This document shows, in pieces, positions 10,649 through 24,880 of a DNA stretch of 64,000 bases. The DNA lies in the NCBI RefSeq assembly GCF_030013595.1, contig NZ_CP122768.1; one strand, given 5' to 3'. The notes beneath the pieces were generated by a model, which did no database searches, was not told the DNA's origin, and saw only the letters and a program-made list of their open reading frames with translations. Position 1 is the first letter of the stretch. The number at the start of each line of letters is the position of its first letter. The DNA is from Escherichia coli (lineage in GTDB: Bacteria; Pseudomonadota; Gammaproteobacteria; Enterobacterales; Enterobacteriaceae). Made by a program: the position numbers and the translations under genes.

Positions 10649-13093
10649 TTACACCTTTTCAACCTGAACAAGGTTTGTATGTGACGGATTCCCCTTAGCG
10701 AGAGGAGACGGACGTTGAGTGGTCAGTACATTGATACAACCGCCCTTATCGACACGTTTTGCATCCGGGTCATACCAGGCACCTTCACCCAGTGCGACCA
10801 CACCCGGCATCATTCGTGGCGTCACTTTCGCCTCAATATGAACCTCACCACGATCGTTAAAGATCCTGACTTTATCGCCGTTGTTGATACCGCGTTTTTG
10901 CGCATCAAGCGGGTTGATCCACATTTCCTGACGGCAAGCCGCTTTCAGCACATCAACGTTGCCGTAAGTTGAGTGAACGCGAGATTTATAGTGGAAACCC
11001 GTAAGCTGCAGCGGATATTGTTTGTTCAGCGGATCCTGATAACTTTCAAAGCCCGGCGTATAGATCGGCAGTGGATCGATCACATCGCCTTCTGGCAATT
11101 CCCAAGTCGCGGCAATGTCAGCCAGCGCCTGCGAATAAATCTCAATTTTACCCGATGGCGTGGTCAGTGGATTTGCCTGAGGATCTTCACGGAAAGCTTT
11201 ATAAGCAACGTGGTGCCCTTGTGGGTCGCGCTTTTTAAAGATCCCCTGCTTGCGGAACTCTTCAAACGTTGGCAGTTCAGGAATCGCTTCCCGCGACTGG
11301 GCATACAGATGCCGCATCCACTCTTCCTGTGTACGGCCTTCAGTAAACTGTTGCTCAACGCCAAGACGTTTTGCCAGTTCGCTGGTCATTTCATAGATGG
11401 TCTTACATTCAAAGCGCGGTTTAATCACCTGATCGTTGAAAATCACGTAAGACATATTCCCGCAGGATGCATCCAGTGCAAAGTCCATCTGTTCGGAAGC
11501 GGTGCAGTCAGGCAGCAGGATGTCAGCATATTTCGCTGATGAGGTCATGTGGCAGTCGATAACCACAATCAGCTCGCACTTCTTATCATCCTGAAGGATT
11601 TCATGGGTACGGTTGATTTCAGAATGCTGGTTAATCAGGCAGTTACCGGCATAGTTCCAGATCATTTTGATCGGCACATCCAGCTTATCTTTCCCGCGCA
11701 CACCATCACGCAGCGCTGTCATTTCCGGGCCACGTTCAATGGCATCGGTCCACATAAACATCGAAATGCTGGTCTGGATCGGGTTTTCGAGGGTCGGCAT
11801 ACGGACAAACGGTAAGCTGTATGAACCTTCACGCGCGCCGCTGTTGCCTCCGTTAATACCAACGTTACCGGTCAAAATCGCCAGCATCGAGATAGCACGG
11901 GTTGCGATTTCACCGTTAGCGTGACGCTGCGGGCCCCATCCCTGGCTGATAAACGCCGGTTTGGTACTACCGATTTCACGAGCCAGTTTGATGATTTTGT
12001 CTGCCGGAACACCGGTGATTTGCGAGGCCCATTCCGGCGTTTTAGCCACGCCATCTGGCCCTTCACCCAGAATATAAGCTTTATAGTGACCATTTTTCGG
12101 CGCACTGGCTGGCAGTGTTTTCTCGTCGTAGCCAACGCAATATTTATCGAGGAATGCCTGATCCACCAGGTTTTCGGTGATCATGACATACGCCAGACCG
12201 TTAACCAGTGCGGCATCTGTTCCCGGACGAATAGGGATCCACTCATCTTCGCGCCCGGCACCGGTGTCGGTATAGCGCGGATCGATGATGATCATGCGAG
12301 CATTAGATTTCTGGCGCGCCTGTTCAAGATAGTAAGTCACCCCACCGCCACTCATTCGCGTTTCGCCAGGGTTATTACCAAACAGCACTACCAGTTTACT
12401 GTTTTCGATATCCGACGGGCTGTTACCATCTGCCCAGCCGCCGTAGGTATAGTTCAAACCTTCCGCAATTTGCGCGGAAGAGTAGTCACCGTAATGGTTC
12501 AGATAACCGCCGCAGCAGTTCATCAGGCGAGCGACCAGGGTATTTCCCGGCGGCCAGGAGCGGGTCATGGTGCCGCCCAGCGTACCGGTACCATAGTTCA
12601 GATAGATAGACTCGTTGCCGTACTCTTTGATCAGGCGCTGCATATTGGTCGCGATGATGTCGTAGGCTTCTTCCCAGCTAATGCGCTCGAATTTGCCTTC
12701 ACCGCGCGCCCCGACTCGTTTCATCGGATATTTCAGGCGGTCCGGATTGTAGACACGGCGACGCATGGAACGACCACGCAGACAGGCGCGCACCTGGTGC
12801 AGGCCGTCATAGTTGTCATCGCCAGTATTATCCGTTTCAACATATTTGATTTCACCGTCCACGACGTGCATACGTAGCGGGCAGCGACTACCACAGTTAA
12901 CTGTACAGGCGCTCCAGATAACCTTTTCGTCTGATTTTGTTGGAATGGCGCTATCGACAGCGTGCGCAATCCGACTAAAAGGTAATGTTAATGCGCTGCT
13001 GGCCATTGCCAGGCCGCCGATCGCTGTCGTTTTTACCAAACCACGGCGACTCACCTCAGCAGCCAATACCGCATCAGGGATTTTCGTTTTCAT
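10649..13093 (-). CDS. dmsA: DMSO reductase catalytic subunit (molybdopterin), Tat signal
   Basis: 814 aa, twin-arginine motif SRRGLVK in N-terminus, molybdopterin oxidoreductase sequence. Confidence 0.9.
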   Translation of the reverse strand: MKTKIPDAVLAAEVSRRGLVKTTAIGGLAMASSALTLPFSRIAHAVDSAIPTKSDEKVIWSACTVNCGSRCPLRMHVVDGEIKYVETDNTGDDNYDGLHQVRACLRGRSMRRRVYNPDRLKYPMKRVGARGEGKFERISWEEAYDIIATNMQRLIKEYGNESIYLNYGTGTLGGTMTRSWPPGNTLVARLMNCCGGYLNHYGDYSSAQIAEGLNYTYGGWADGNSPSDIENSKLVVLFGNNPGETRMSGGGVTYYLEQARQKSNARMIIIDPRYTDTGAGREDEWIPIRPGTDAALVNGLAYVMITENLVDQAFLDKYCVGYDEKTLPASAPKNGHYKAYILGEGPDGVAKTPEWASQITGVPADKIIKLAREIGSTKPAFISQGWGPQRHANGEIATRAISMLAILTGNVGINGGNSGAREGSYSLPFVRMPTLENPIQTSISMFMWTDAIERGPEMTALRDGVRGKDKLDVPIKMIWNYAGNCLINQHSEINRTHEILQDDKKCELIVVIDCHMTSSAKYADILLPDCTASEQMDFALDASCGNMSYVIFNDQVIKPRFECKTIYEMTSELAKRLGVEQQFTEGRTQEEWMRHLYAQSREAIPELPTFEEFRKQGIFKKRDPQGHHVAYKAFREDPQANPLTTPSGKIEIYSQALADIAATWELPEGDVIDPLPIYTPGFESYQDPLNKQYPLQLTGFHYKSRVHSTYGNVDVLKAACRQEMWINPLDAQKRGINNGDKVRIFNDRGEVHIEAKVTPRMMPGVVALGEGAWYDPDAKRVDKGGCINVLTTQRPSPLAKGNPSHTNLVQVEKV

Positions 13094-13263
13094 AATGGCT
13101 CACTCAAGCTTGCTCACGATTGATTCCAGTAACAAACCGTATTGTGTAATTATTTCTATAGCAGGTCGCTATATAGGCTTGTATACATCTAATAATTTGA
13201 AAATCAAAGAGATAGGTAGATTTTCACTCGAAAGTAGTATTACGTGTAAGTGAGGAGTAATTA

Positions 13264-13277
13264 TTGTTCGGTATCAA
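13264..13277. promoter_or_regulatory. Candidate FNR site (TTGTT-N4-ATCAA) in dmsA upstream region
   Basis: Palindromic match to FNR consensus between serS terminator and dmsA; dmsABC is anaerobically FNR-activated. Confidence 0.35.
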
Positions 13278-13284
13278 AGGGAGA

Positions 13285-13312
13285 CAAAAAAAGCGCCCGC
13301 AGGCGCTTTTTA
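13285..13312 (-). terminator. Hairpin terminator downstream of serS (bidirectional A-run/T-run)
   Basis: aagcgcccgcaggcgctt stem flanked by A6 and T5. Confidence 0.6.
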
Positions 13313-13331
13313 GATTCAGAAAAATTGGGTA

Positions 13332-14645
<1,314 letters not shown>

Positions 14646-14714
14646 TTAAATGGGAGATGTGGCCACAGCCTGCGACCACAGGGATACAGTAACAACATTA
14701 CCGCAACGATAACA

Positions 14715-16058
14715 TTAACGGTAGCGTTTTATGGGGCTATTTTGATCCTGTTCAGCCAGCCAGGCGAGCTTTTCGCCAATCTTGCCTTCAAGGCCCCTGT
14801 TTGTCGGGAAATAATAGCGTGTTTGTGCTATTTCCGGCGGGAAATAAACCTCACCGGCAGCATAAGCGTTTGCTTCATCATGAGCGTAACGATATTCCTG
14901 CCCGTAGCCCATTTCCTTCATTAATTTTGTCGGCGCATTACGCAAATGAACCGGCACGTCATAATCCGGACGTTCGCGAGCATCCGCCAGCGCGGCTTTA
15001 AACGCAGTGTAGACAGCGTTGCTTTTTGGCGCGCAGGCGAGGTAAACAATCGCCTGAGCAATGGCGCGTTCACCTTCCGCCGGGCCAACTCGGGTAAAGC
15101 AATCCCAGGCCGCAATTGCCACCTGCATCGCTCGTGGATCAGCATTACCCACATCTTCAGACGCAATCGCCAGACAGCGACGCGCAACATATAACGGATC
15201 GCCACCAGCGGTAATAATTCGCGCATACCAGTACAGCGCCGCATCGGGTGCGCTACCACGTACCGACTTATGCAGTGCGGAAATGAGATCGTAAAAGCGA
15301 TCGCCTTTGTTATCAAAGCGGGCGCTACGTTCACCGGCGATTTCGGTCAGTAATTCAGGCTTCAGGACCCGCTTACCGCTATCATCGACTTCGGCCATAT
15401 CCGCCATCATTTCCAACGTATTTAACGCCCGGCGCGCGTCGCCATTCACCAGTTCAGCAATGGCGCGTCGTGTTTCATCTGGCAGAACAATATCCTGACC
15501 ACCATAGCCACGGGTTTTGTCTTCCATCGCCTGAGTTAGTACTTGCTCAATATCCTCTGTACTCAGGGATTTCAACAGATAGACACGGGCACGGGAAAGC
15601 AGTGCCGAATTAAGCTCAAACGACGGGTTTTCAGTGGTTGCGCCAATAAAAGTGATGGTGCCGTCTTCAATATGCGGCAGAAATGCATCCTGCTGGCTTT
15701 TGTTGAAACGGTGAACTTCGTCAACAAACAGAATGGTCCGCCGACCAGCATTACGGTTTTGCCGTGCGCGCTCGATCGCCTCGCGAATCTCTTTCACGCC
15801 AGAGGTGACGGCAGAAATACGTTCCACATCAGCGTTCGCATAGCGGGCAATCACTTCAGCGAGGGTTGTTTTGCCGGTACCCGGCGGCCCCCAGAGGATC
15901 ATAGAATGCAAATGCCCGGCTTCGATAGCGCGCGGCAACGGCTTCCCCGCAGCCAGCAAATGTTGCTGGCCGATATACTGTGCTAAATTTTCTGGCCGCA
16001 TACGCGCGGCCAGAGGTTGAAAAGTATTATCCGAAAAATCGAGCGACAGATTGCTCAC
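14715..16058 (-). CDS. rarA: Replication-associated recombination protein A (AAA+ ATPase, MgsA)
   Basis: 447 aa with Walker [12 protein letters not shown]. Confidence 0.9.
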
Positions 16059-16068
16059 TCAGGTGCCT

Positions 16069-16680
16069 CTACTTACGTTGATCATCTACCGTGACGCCTT
16101 GCGGCGGGGTGAAGGTAAATTTCGCTGCTTCCACAGCCCCATTTTGCTGGGATTTCAGTTGATAACTGCTGCGCTGATCGTCCTGCTCCACCGCGCTAAA
16201 CTGATGGATCGTGCCATCACGTCCCACGTTAATGGTGAACTGCTTCAGATTGCCATTGCTGGCTTTCGGCGTCAGGACAAAGTCATCGCCATTCTGTTTG
16301 ATATTGTACTGCTGCCAGTCGCTGGACTGGTTGCGGGCAATCAGCATAAACGGCGTATTACCGGTGGCATCTTTCAGCCAGGTTGCCGTAGCTTGCTCAA
16401 CGAACGGGTTATAGAACCACAGTGTTTTACCGTCAGAAACCAGAATGCTTTCATCAGGTTGAGTCATATGCCAGTTGAATAAGTTTGGACGTTTCACCCA
16501 CAGATCGCCCTGGCCTTCCTGCACCGCCGCGCCGCTACCGTCAGTCACTTTTTGTGTGAAGCTGGCGTGGAAGCTGCTGACTTTATCCAGGCGGCTTTTA
16601 AGATCGCTTGCGGCATCAGCCCAAACGCTGCTTGCTACTAAGCTTGAGAGTAATGCACAGGTGATGGCAATTTTTTTCAT
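16069..16680 (-). CDS. lolA: Outer-membrane lipoprotein carrier protein LolA
   Basis: [27 protein letters not shown]... signal peptide, 203 aa. Confidence 0.9.
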   Translation of the reverse strand: MKKIAITCALLSSLVASSVWADAASDLKSRLDKVSSFHASFTQKVTDGSGAAVQEGQGDLWVKRPNLFNWHMTQPDESILVSDGKTLWFYNPFVEQATATWLKDATGNTPFMLIARNQSSDWQQYNIKQNGDDFVLTPKASNGNLKQFTINVGRDGTIHQFSAVEQDDQRSSYQLKSQQNGAVEAAKFTFTPPQGVTVDDQRK

Positions 16681-16838
16681 CATTATTCCTCAAATTACGT
16701 CACTCCCGATCGGGAGTTCCCTCTACTCTCTATTCCAGGCTAATAATCAGCTTGAGGAAAGAAGAAAATACTGCATTTTCAGTTGTTAGAGTGCCGGATG
16801 CGACGCTACCGCGCCTTATCCGGCCTACGATGCATTAA

Positions 16839-19800
16839 TTAGTCAAACGGCGGTGGGGCCAGCACTTCACGATTACCGTTGTGCCCCTGTTCGCTGACAA
16901 TCCCCTGCGCTTCCATCTGTTCAATAATACGCGCTGCACGGTTATAACCAATGCGGAACTGACGCTGTACGCCAGAAATTGATGCTTTGCGTTTTTCAGT
17001 GACAAACTGCACCGCCTGATCGAACAACGGATCCAGCTCTTCAGCGCCATCGAAACCGCCCGCGCCACCTTCGCTTTCGCTGTCGGAGGTGATGCCATCA
17101 ACATACTGTGGGCGACCACGCGCTTTCCAGTCCTGCACCACGGCATGAACTTCCTGATCGCGAACAAAAGCACCATGAACACGTACCGGCAACGTGGAGT
17201 TCGGCCCAGAGTAAAGCATATCCCCCATACCCAGTAGTGATTCCGCGCCAGCCTGATCAAGAATGGTACGTGAGTCAATCTTACTGGATACGGTAAAGGC
17301 GATACGGGTCGGAATATTCGCTTTAATCAGACCAGTAATAACATCAACCGATGGACGCTGCGTTGCCAGTACGAGGTGGATACCCGCGGCACGGGCTTTT
17401 TGCGCCAGACGTGCTATAAGCTCTTCCACTTTTTTACCTACCGTCATCATCAGGTCGGCAAATTCGTCCACCAACACCACAATGTATGGTTCTTTTTTCA
17501 GCACCGGATGCTGGGCATCCATACTGTCACCCGGCTTCCAGTACGGGTCTGGAATCGGACGCATCATGCGATCGGCTTCAGCAATTTTTTCGTTATAACC
17601 CGCCAGATTACGCACACCCAGCGCAGACATCAGTTTATAACGACGCTCCATCTCGTTAACACACCAGCGCAGCGCGTTGGCGGCATCTTTCATATCGGTA
17701 ACGACTTCCGTTAACAGATGCGGAATGCCTTCATAAACCGAAAGCTCCAGCATTTTCGGGTCAATCATGATGAAACGCACATCTTCTGGCTGTGCTTTAT
17801 AAAGCATGCTCAGGATCATCGCGTTCACCCCGACAGACTTACCGGAACCGGTAGTCCCCGCAACCAACAAGTGCGGCATTTTTGCCAGATCGGCAACCAC
17901 CGGCTCACCGGCGATATCTTTACCCAGCACCACGGTTAATGGCGACGGATTATCGCGGAATTTGGCGTTATCCAAAACTTCGCGCAGATAAACGGTTTGT
18001 CGTTTTTTATTCGGTAACTCCAGACCTACATAGGGTTTGCCAGGAATAACTTCAACGACACGCACCGCCACCGTCGAAAGTGAACGGGCAAGGTCACGTG
18101 ACAAGTTAGAAATACGCGCCGCTTTTACGCCCGGTGCCAGGTTCAATTCAAAGCGAGTGATAACCGGCCCCGGAGAATAATTGACGACATCGGCTTTAAT
18201 ACGGAAATCAGCCAGACGCGCTTCCACCAGGCGCGCCATTTGTTCAAGCGCAAAGGTATCTACCGGCTCCACTTCGCTCGGCGGCGGCGTCAGCAAATCC
18301 AGAGAGGGCAGCGGCGTCGTCGGTTTATGCAACGGACGGCTGTCGCCATTACGCATCAACAGCGGATGAAGCAGGGTATCCTGCGGCTGTGGCGCAACTG
18401 GCTGTTGCGGCTGCTGTGCAACCGGCTGTTGTGGCTGCTGATATTGCTGCTGCGGTGCAACCGGCTGTTGCGGCTGCTGATACTGCGGCTGCGGCGCAAC
18501 TGGTTGCTGCGGCTGCTGATACTGTTGCTGCGGTGCAATCGGTTGTTGCGGCTGCTGTACAGGTTCAACAATTGGCGTAAACAGCGGTTCGTGTGGACCA
18601 TCATCCAGCAACGCTTTCATTGGCGAAAATTCAAAATCATCCAGCGTGAACGGATTCGCCCCAGCCGGTTGTTCGCCGGAATAACGTTGTTGTTGAGTTT
18701 GCGCAAACTGACGAGCCAGTTCAGCCTCTGCCGCAGCATCTGCATCTTCTGCGTTCACGGGCACATCATGTTGATACTGTTCGCCATAGCGTTGCTGCTG
18801 TGTCTGGGCGAACTGACGTGCCAGTTCATCCTGCTGCATCGCATCGATTTCATCATCGTTATACTGATCGCCGGAATCGTACTGATTGCGCTGAGCTTCA
18901 CGGGCTTTTTCTTCTGCCGCACGCTGTGAGGGCAGCTTAATACCGTAAGACGCCAATTCACGACGAGTTGGCACGCGGATACGTTTCGGTCGTGGCAACT
19001 GCGGGCCAATCCCCTCTTTGACCTGCGGACGCGGTCCACCGCTATTTGCCAGACTGAAGACTGGCGCGGCAACGGTTGCGGCAGCCCCCGTCGCCAGTGT
19101 CGCTTTTTTCACGCCAGATGCCAGCGGAGAAACAGCGGCAGCGGCTTCTACTGGAGGTACTGCTGCAACAGAAGGTGCTTTCAGCGAAGATTTGATCGGT
19201 TCTGGTTCTTTAACCGGTTCTGGAATCGGTTGATACCAGGCCGCAAGTTGTTCACGTTCACGGGCTCGCTTCTCTTCCACTTCTTCAAAGTAGTAAAGCG
19301 GCGGACGCGCGGGTTTTGTCTCTTCTACAACGGGTTCAGGCTCCACAACAGGCTGCTGTTCAACAGGTTGCGGCTGTTGGTACAACGGCTCCTGAGCGAC
19401 TGGCTGCTGATAAGTTTGCTCAGTCTGGTATGTAGACTGTGGAGCAAAAGTGGATTGCTGCTCTTCGGCTTGCCAGGCGTTACCTGCCACCGATTGTTCT
19501 GGCGCAGGGGCGTAATACGGCTGTTGCGCAGACTGTTCCGGCGCAGGGGCGTAATACGACTGTTGCGCAGACTGTTCCGGCGCAGTTGCGTAATACGGTT
19601 GCTGAACAGGTTGTTCCGCCGCAGGCGCATAATACGGCTGCTGTGGCTGTACAGGTTGTTGCAGCGGCTCATTATATTGCACTGCAGGCTGCGCATATTG
19701 TGGCTGCTGTGGGTAACCTTCCGGTGCAGGAGCAATAACCGGTTCTCCCGTTTGCGGCCCCGGTACAGGCTGCCAGGCTACTGTAGGTTGTGCAGGTGCA

Positions 19801-20852
19801 ACATCAACAGAGGCAACAGATGGCGTCTGAGTCACAGGTTCAACCGGTGCAGCCCAGCTTTGCGTCGCCGTGGTAGCAGCAGCTGCTACAGCAACAGGTT
19901 CGGTAATTGGCGCACCGTTTAATAATGGATCGTACTCGTCATATTCTGGCTGCGTTGCACGATTGCCCGAAAAGAGGACGTCGTCAGGGTCGGCAGCCAC
20001 ACCGCGTGCAGTGTAGGTAATCTCTTCGTCATCATCCATCCGCTTACCGGAGAACAACGCAGCGTCTGTTTGCCGCCCCATCGGATTAATGAATTTTTCC
20101 GCCAACCGTTTACGACGCGCTAGCGCGCCGCGAAGAATACGAGCACGGCGTGATTCATGCTGTTTGCCGTGATTTTCATCTTCATACTCTTCGTCATCTT
20201 CATACTCATCTTCATCGACCCAGGTATCATCGCGACGGGTACGATTACTGGCGAAGGTGAGAATGTTTAAAATCCAGCCGCCGAGTTTTTCAGCAATGGT
20301 CACCCATGACCAACCGGTGAACAGCGTCAGACCCGCAGCCCAAACGCAGAGCAGCGCAATAGTTCCCCCGCTACTGTGTAGCAGTGGTTGTAGCGTAGTG
20401 CTTAGTAAGCTGCCAATGACGCCACCGGAGGCAAAATACCAGATATCGTCAGCGTTGATTGCCGCCAGACCACAGGAGGTAAGGATGAGCGCCAAAACGC
20501 CAATGATGCGTAGCGAAACGGCAAAATAATCAATGTATTCGTCGCTGGACTGATGACGCCAGGCAAACCAACAACCGCCGACAATAATGACGGGAATGGT
20601 GTAAGCCATCACGCCAAAAATAAAGAACAGCGTATCTGCCAGCCACGCACCGGGCATCCCACCTAAATTATGGATAGGTTCATGCCAGGCCGTTTGCGAC
20701 CAGCTGGGGTCCGAAGGGTTAAAGCTTAGTAAGGCAGCCATCAACCAGACGGCAAACAGGACAATAAGGATCAGCAACGCCTCCAGAAGGCGGCGGCCGC
20801 TACTTAACTTTGTCAATGTGACTTCTTTGTCTTCAGTGTATTCCTGGCTCAA
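16839..20852 (-). CDS. ftsK: DNA translocase FtsK
   Basis: 1337 aa; N-terminal membrane domain, long Pro/Gln-rich linker, C-terminal motor with Walker A GTTGSGKS. Confidence 0.95.
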   Translation of the reverse strand: MSQEYTEDKEVTLTKLSSGRRLLEALLILIVLFAVWLMAALLSFNPSDPSWSQTAWHEPIHNLGGMPGAWLADTLFFIFGVMAYTIPVIIVGGCWFAWRHQSSDEYIDYFAVSLRIIGVLALILTSCGLAAINADDIWYFASGGVIGSLLSTTLQPLLHSSGGTIALLCVWAAGLTLFTGWSWVTIAEKLGGWILNILTFASNRTRRDDTWVDEDEYEDDEEYEDENHGKQHESRRARILRGALARRKRLAEKFINPMGRQTDAALFSGKRMDDDEEITYTARGVAADPDDVLFSGNRATQPEYDEYDPLLNGAPITEPVAVAAAATTATQSWAAPVEPVTQTPSVASVDVAPAQPTVAWQPVPGPQTGEPVIAPAPEGYPQQPQYAQPAVQYNEPLQQPVQPQQPYYAPAAEQPVQQPYYATAPEQSAQQSYYAPAPEQSAQQPYYAPAPEQSVAGNAWQAEEQQSTFAPQSTYQTEQTYQQPVAQEPLYQQPQPVEQQPVVEPEPVVEETKPARPPLYYFEEVEEKRAREREQLAAWYQPIPEPVKEPEPIKSSLKAPSVAAVPPVEAAAAVSPLASGVKKATLATGAAATVAAPVFSLANSGGPRPQVKEGIGPQLPRPKRIRVPTRRELASYGIKLPSQRAAEEKAREAQRNQYDSGDQYNDDEIDAMQQDELARQFAQTQQQRYGEQYQHDVPVNAEDADAAAEAELARQFAQTQQQRYSGEQPAGANPFTLDDFEFSPMKALLDDGPHEPLFTPIVEPVQQPQQPIAPQQQYQQPQQPVAPQPQYQQPQQPVAPQQQYQQPQQPVAQQPQQPVAPQPQDTLLHPLLMRNGDSRPLHKPTTPLPSLDLLTPPPSEVEPVDTFALEQMARLVEARLADFRIKADVVNYSPGPVITRFELNLAPGVKAARISNLSRDLARSLSTVAVRVVEVIPGKPYVGLELPNKKRQTVYLREVLDNAKFRDNPSPLTVVLGKDIAGEPVVADLAKMPHLLVAGTTGSGKSVGVNAMILSMLYKAQPEDVRFIMIDPKMLELSVYEGIPHLLTEVVTDMKDAANALRWCVNEMERRYKLMSALGVRNLAGYNEKIAEADRMMRPIPDPYWKPGDSMDAQHPVLKKEPYIVVLVDEFADLMMTVGKKVEELIARLAQKARAAGIHLVLATQRPSVDVITGLIKANIPTRIAFTVSSKIDSRTILDQAGAESLLGMGDMLYSGPNSTLPVRVHGAFVRDQEVHAVVQDWKARGRPQYVDGITSDSESEGGAGGFDGAEELDPLFDQAVQFVTEKRKASISGVQRQFRIGYNRAARIIEQMEAQGIVSEQGHNGNREVLAPPPFD
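18376..18575. repeat. Imperfect tandem repeats encoding the PQQ-rich FtsK linker
   Basis: Repeated ctgctgcggtgcaaccggctgttgcggctgctgata-like units. Confidence 0.7.
19495..19640. repeat. ~45-bp imperfect tandem repeats in FtsK linker ([13 protein letters not shown] units)
   Basis: Three near-identical units ggcgcaggggcgtaatacggctgttgcgcagactgttcc. Confidence 0.7.
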
Positions 20853-20930
20853 GAAAGGCTCTCCAGGTTACAGGCTTTTCCTGCCCGATGCTAAAACGGA
20901 CAACAGTACCAGGTTACCCCAGTACTGTTG

Positions 20931-20946
20931 CTGTATGGATTAACAG
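20931..20946. promoter_or_regulatory. LexA box (CTGT-N8-ACAG) upstream of ftsK
   Basis: ctgtatggattaacag between lrp stop and ftsK start; ftsK has a known SOS-inducible promoter. Confidence 0.55.
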
Positions 20947-20986
20947 GAGTGTAATCAAAATACGCCGATTTTGCACCTGTTCCGTG

Positions 20987-21481
20987 TTAGCGCGTCTTAA
21001 TAACCAGACGATTACTCTGCTTGACTTCTTCCATAACAACGTATGTCCGTGTGTCATTGACGCCAGGCAGACGCAGCAGGGTTTCCCCCAGCAACTTACG
21101 GTAAGCTGACATATCCGGCACGCGTGTTTTCAACAGGTAGTCGAAATCACCAGATACTAAATGACACTCCTGAATTTCTTCAAGTTTTTGTACAGCGGTA
21201 TTGAATTGTTCAAACACATCCGGTGCGCCACGATTCAGAGTAATCTCAACGAATACCAGAAGTGATGCATCCAGATAATGGGGGTTCAGCAGCGCCGTAT
21301 AGCCCTGAATAAACCCTTGTCTTTCCAGCCGACGCACACGCTCAAGGCACGGCGTTGGGGAAAGTCCCACACGTTTAGAAAGCTCGACGTTAGAAATACG
21401 CCCATCCTTTTGCAACTCATTAAGAATGTTACGATCGATACGGTCGAGATCTTTGCCAGGGCGCTTCTTGCTATCTACCAT
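20987..21481 (-). CDS. lrp: Leucine-responsive regulatory protein
   Basis: MVDSKKRPGKDLDRIDRNILNELQKDGRISNVELSKRVGLSPTPCLERVRRLERQG..., 164 aa. Confidence 0.95.
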   Translation of the reverse strand: MVDSKKRPGKDLDRIDRNILNELQKDGRISNVELSKRVGLSPTPCLERVRRLERQGFIQGYTALLNPHYLDASLLVFVEITLNRGAPDVFEQFNTAVQKLEEIQECHLVSGDFDYLLKTRVPDMSAYRKLLGETLLRLPGVNDTRTYVVMEEVKQSNRLVIKTR

Positions 21482-21908
21482 TATTATTGTCTCTCTGTAT
21501 TCCTTCCCTACTCCTGTCTGACCCTGAAACATCACTGTTCAGAGTCGCTACCCGTCACGATAGACCGAAATCATGAAGATTCACGGCGCGCAATGCCTGG
21601 GTCTACGGTGAGAAGACCGTTGCCTTGTGGCTGCTATCGACATCACGAATGGCGTCTGTCCACGCCATACGTAGATTTCACTAGCACGGTAAACATGGTA
21701 TTTACATGCATGGTTATGCGCATATAAGAATACTGTTTTTTTTCTTCCTCGAATGTTTTCGCAAAACACCAGGGGATTGTCAAAGCAAAACATCGATTTT
21801 TAGTACAACATGCCAGATATTCATTACCAGGGGCGTTTATTCATCATTTAATCGGCTTATAAAGCGGGAAATTTAAGTAGCAGAGGTGATAATGACGGGA
21901 GAATTTGA

Positions 21909-22991
<1,083 letters not shown>

Positions 22992-23113
22992 TTTTACAAA
23001 TCAGTAACAAAAGTAAAGAAGGCGACACCATGCGACTATGGGTCGCCTTTATTTTTTCCTCGTTGTAACATTGCTCTGCAAATAATTCTGATAACTCACC
23101 TGCTAAGCGTGCA

Positions 23114-24880
23114 ATGAATAAATCCCGTCAAAAAGAGTTAACCCGCTGGTTAAAACAGCAAAGCGTCATCTCCCAACGTTGGCTGAATATTTCTCGTCTG
23201 CTGGGCTTTGTGAGCGGCATATTGATCATTGCCCAGGCCTGGTTCATGGCGCGAATTCTGCAACATATGATTATGGAGAATATTCCCCGTGAAGCCCTGC
23301 TGCTTCCCTTTACGTTACTGGTTCTGACCTTTGTACTGCGCGCATGGGTGGTCTGGTTACGCGAACGGGTGGGTTATCACGCCGGGCAGCATATCCGCTT
23401 TGCCATCCGCCGTCAGGTTCTCGACCGTCTGCAACAAGCAGGGCCAGCGTGGATTCAGGGTAAACCGGCGGGGAGCTGGGCGACGCTGGTACTCGAGCAA
23501 ATTGACGATATGCATGATTACTATGCACGCTACCTGCCGCAAATGGCGCTGGCAGTGTCGGTGCCGTTGCTGATTGTGGTGGCTATCTTCCCCTCTAACT
23601 GGGCTGCGGCGCTCATTCTGCTGGGCACTGCTCCGTTAATTCCGTTATTTATGGCGCTGGTTGGAATGGGGGCTGCCGATGCTAACCGACGTAACTTTCT
23701 CGCTCTTGCTCGCTTAAGTGGGCATTTTCTCGATCGCCTGCGCGGCATGGAAACATTGCGTATTTTTGGTCGTGGTGAAGCTGAAATTGAAAGTATTCGT
23801 TCTGCTTCGGAAGATTTCCGCCAACGGACAATGGAAGTGCTACGGCTGGCGTTTTTATCCTCCGGCATTCTCGAATTTTTTACCTCGCTGTCAATTGCTC
23901 TGGTGGCGGTCTACTTTGGTTTTTCCTATCTCGGCGAGCTGGATTTTGGTCACTATGATACTGGCGTGACGCTGGCTGCGGGTTTTCTGGCCCTGATCCT
24001 TGCGCCGGAGTTTTTCCAGCCATTACGCGATCTCGGTACGTTTTATCATGCTAAAGCCCAGGCTGTTGGTGCAGCTGACAGTCTGAAAACGTTTATGGAA
24101 ACCCCGCTTGCCCATCCGCAGCGTGGTGAGGCGGAATTAGCATCGACCGATCCGGTGACCATTGAAGCCGAGGAGCTGTTTATTACATCACCAGAAGGTA
24201 AAACGCTGGCCGGACCGCTGAACTTTACTTTGCCAGCAGGCCAACGTGCAGTGTTGGTTGGTCGCAGCGGTTCAGGTAAAAGCTCACTGCTGAACGCGCT
24301 TTCTGGTTTTCTCTCATATCAGGGATCGCTACGAATCAACGGGATAGAATTACGCGATTTATCACCAGAATCATGGCGTAAACATCTCTCCTGGGTTGGG
24401 CAAAACCCACAATTACCGGCAGCAACACTACGGGATAACGTACTACTGGCACGACCTGATGCCAACGAACACGAGTTACAAGCAGCACTGGATAACGCTT
24501 GGGTCAGTGAGTTTCTACCGCTCCTGCCACAAGGCGTTGATACGCCTGTTGGTGACCAGGCTGCCCGCCTTTCCGTGGGGCAGGCGCAGCGCGTGGCGGT
24601 GGCCCGAGCATTACTGAATCCCTGTTCGCTATTACTGTTGGATGAACCCGCTGCCAGCCTTGATGCTCACAGTGAACAGCGCGTAATGGAGGCGCTTAAT
24701 GCCGCCTCTCTGCGCCAGACAACGTTAATGGTCACCCACCAGTTAGAAGATCTTGCTGACTGGGATGTCATTTGGGTAATGCAGGATGGTCAGATTATTG
24801 AGCAAGGACGTTACGCGGAATTAAGTGTGGCTGGTGGCCCATTCGCCACATTACTGGCCCATCGTCAGGAGGAGATTTAA
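23114..24880 (+). CDS. cydD: Cysteine/glutathione ABC exporter subunit CydD
   Basis: 588 aa, TMD plus NBD with Walker A GRSGSGKSSL. Confidence 0.9.
   Translation: MNKSRQKELTRWLKQQSVISQRWLNISRLLGFVSGILIIAQAWFMARILQHMIMENIPREALLLPFTLLVLTFVLRAWVVWLRERVGYHAGQHIRFAIRRQVLDRLQQAGPAWIQGKPAGSWATLVLEQIDDMHDYYARYLPQMALAVSVPLLIVVAIFPSNWAAALILLGTAPLIPLFMALVGMGAADANRRNFLALARLSGHFLDRLRGMETLRIFGRGEAEIESIRSASEDFRQRTMEVLRLAFLSSGILEFFTSLSIALVAVYFGFSYLGELDFGHYDTGVTLAAGFLALILAPEFFQPLRDLGTFYHAKAQAVGAADSLKTFMETPLAHPQRGEAELASTDPVTIEAEELFITSPEGKTLAGPLNFTLPAGQRAVLVGRSGSGKSSLLNALSGFLSYQGSLRINGIELRDLSPESWRKHLSWVGQNPQLPAATLRDNVLLARPDANEHELQAALDNAWVSEFLPLLPQGVDTPVGDQAARLSVGQAQRVAVARALLNPCSLLLLDEPAASLDAHSEQRVMEALNAASLRQTTLMVTHQLEDLADWDVIWVMQDGQIIEQGRYAELSVAGGPFATLLAHRQEEI

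Noticed and set aside
10973-12877. Plus-strand ORFs of 188 and 318 aa inside dmsA
   Set aside because: Antisense to a well-supported dmsA reading frame; no RBS and no recognisable domain.
18240-19922. Multiple 60-230 aa ORFs on both strands within the ftsK linker
   Set aside because: Artefacts of the repetitive Pro/Gln-coding sequence, which is open in several frames.
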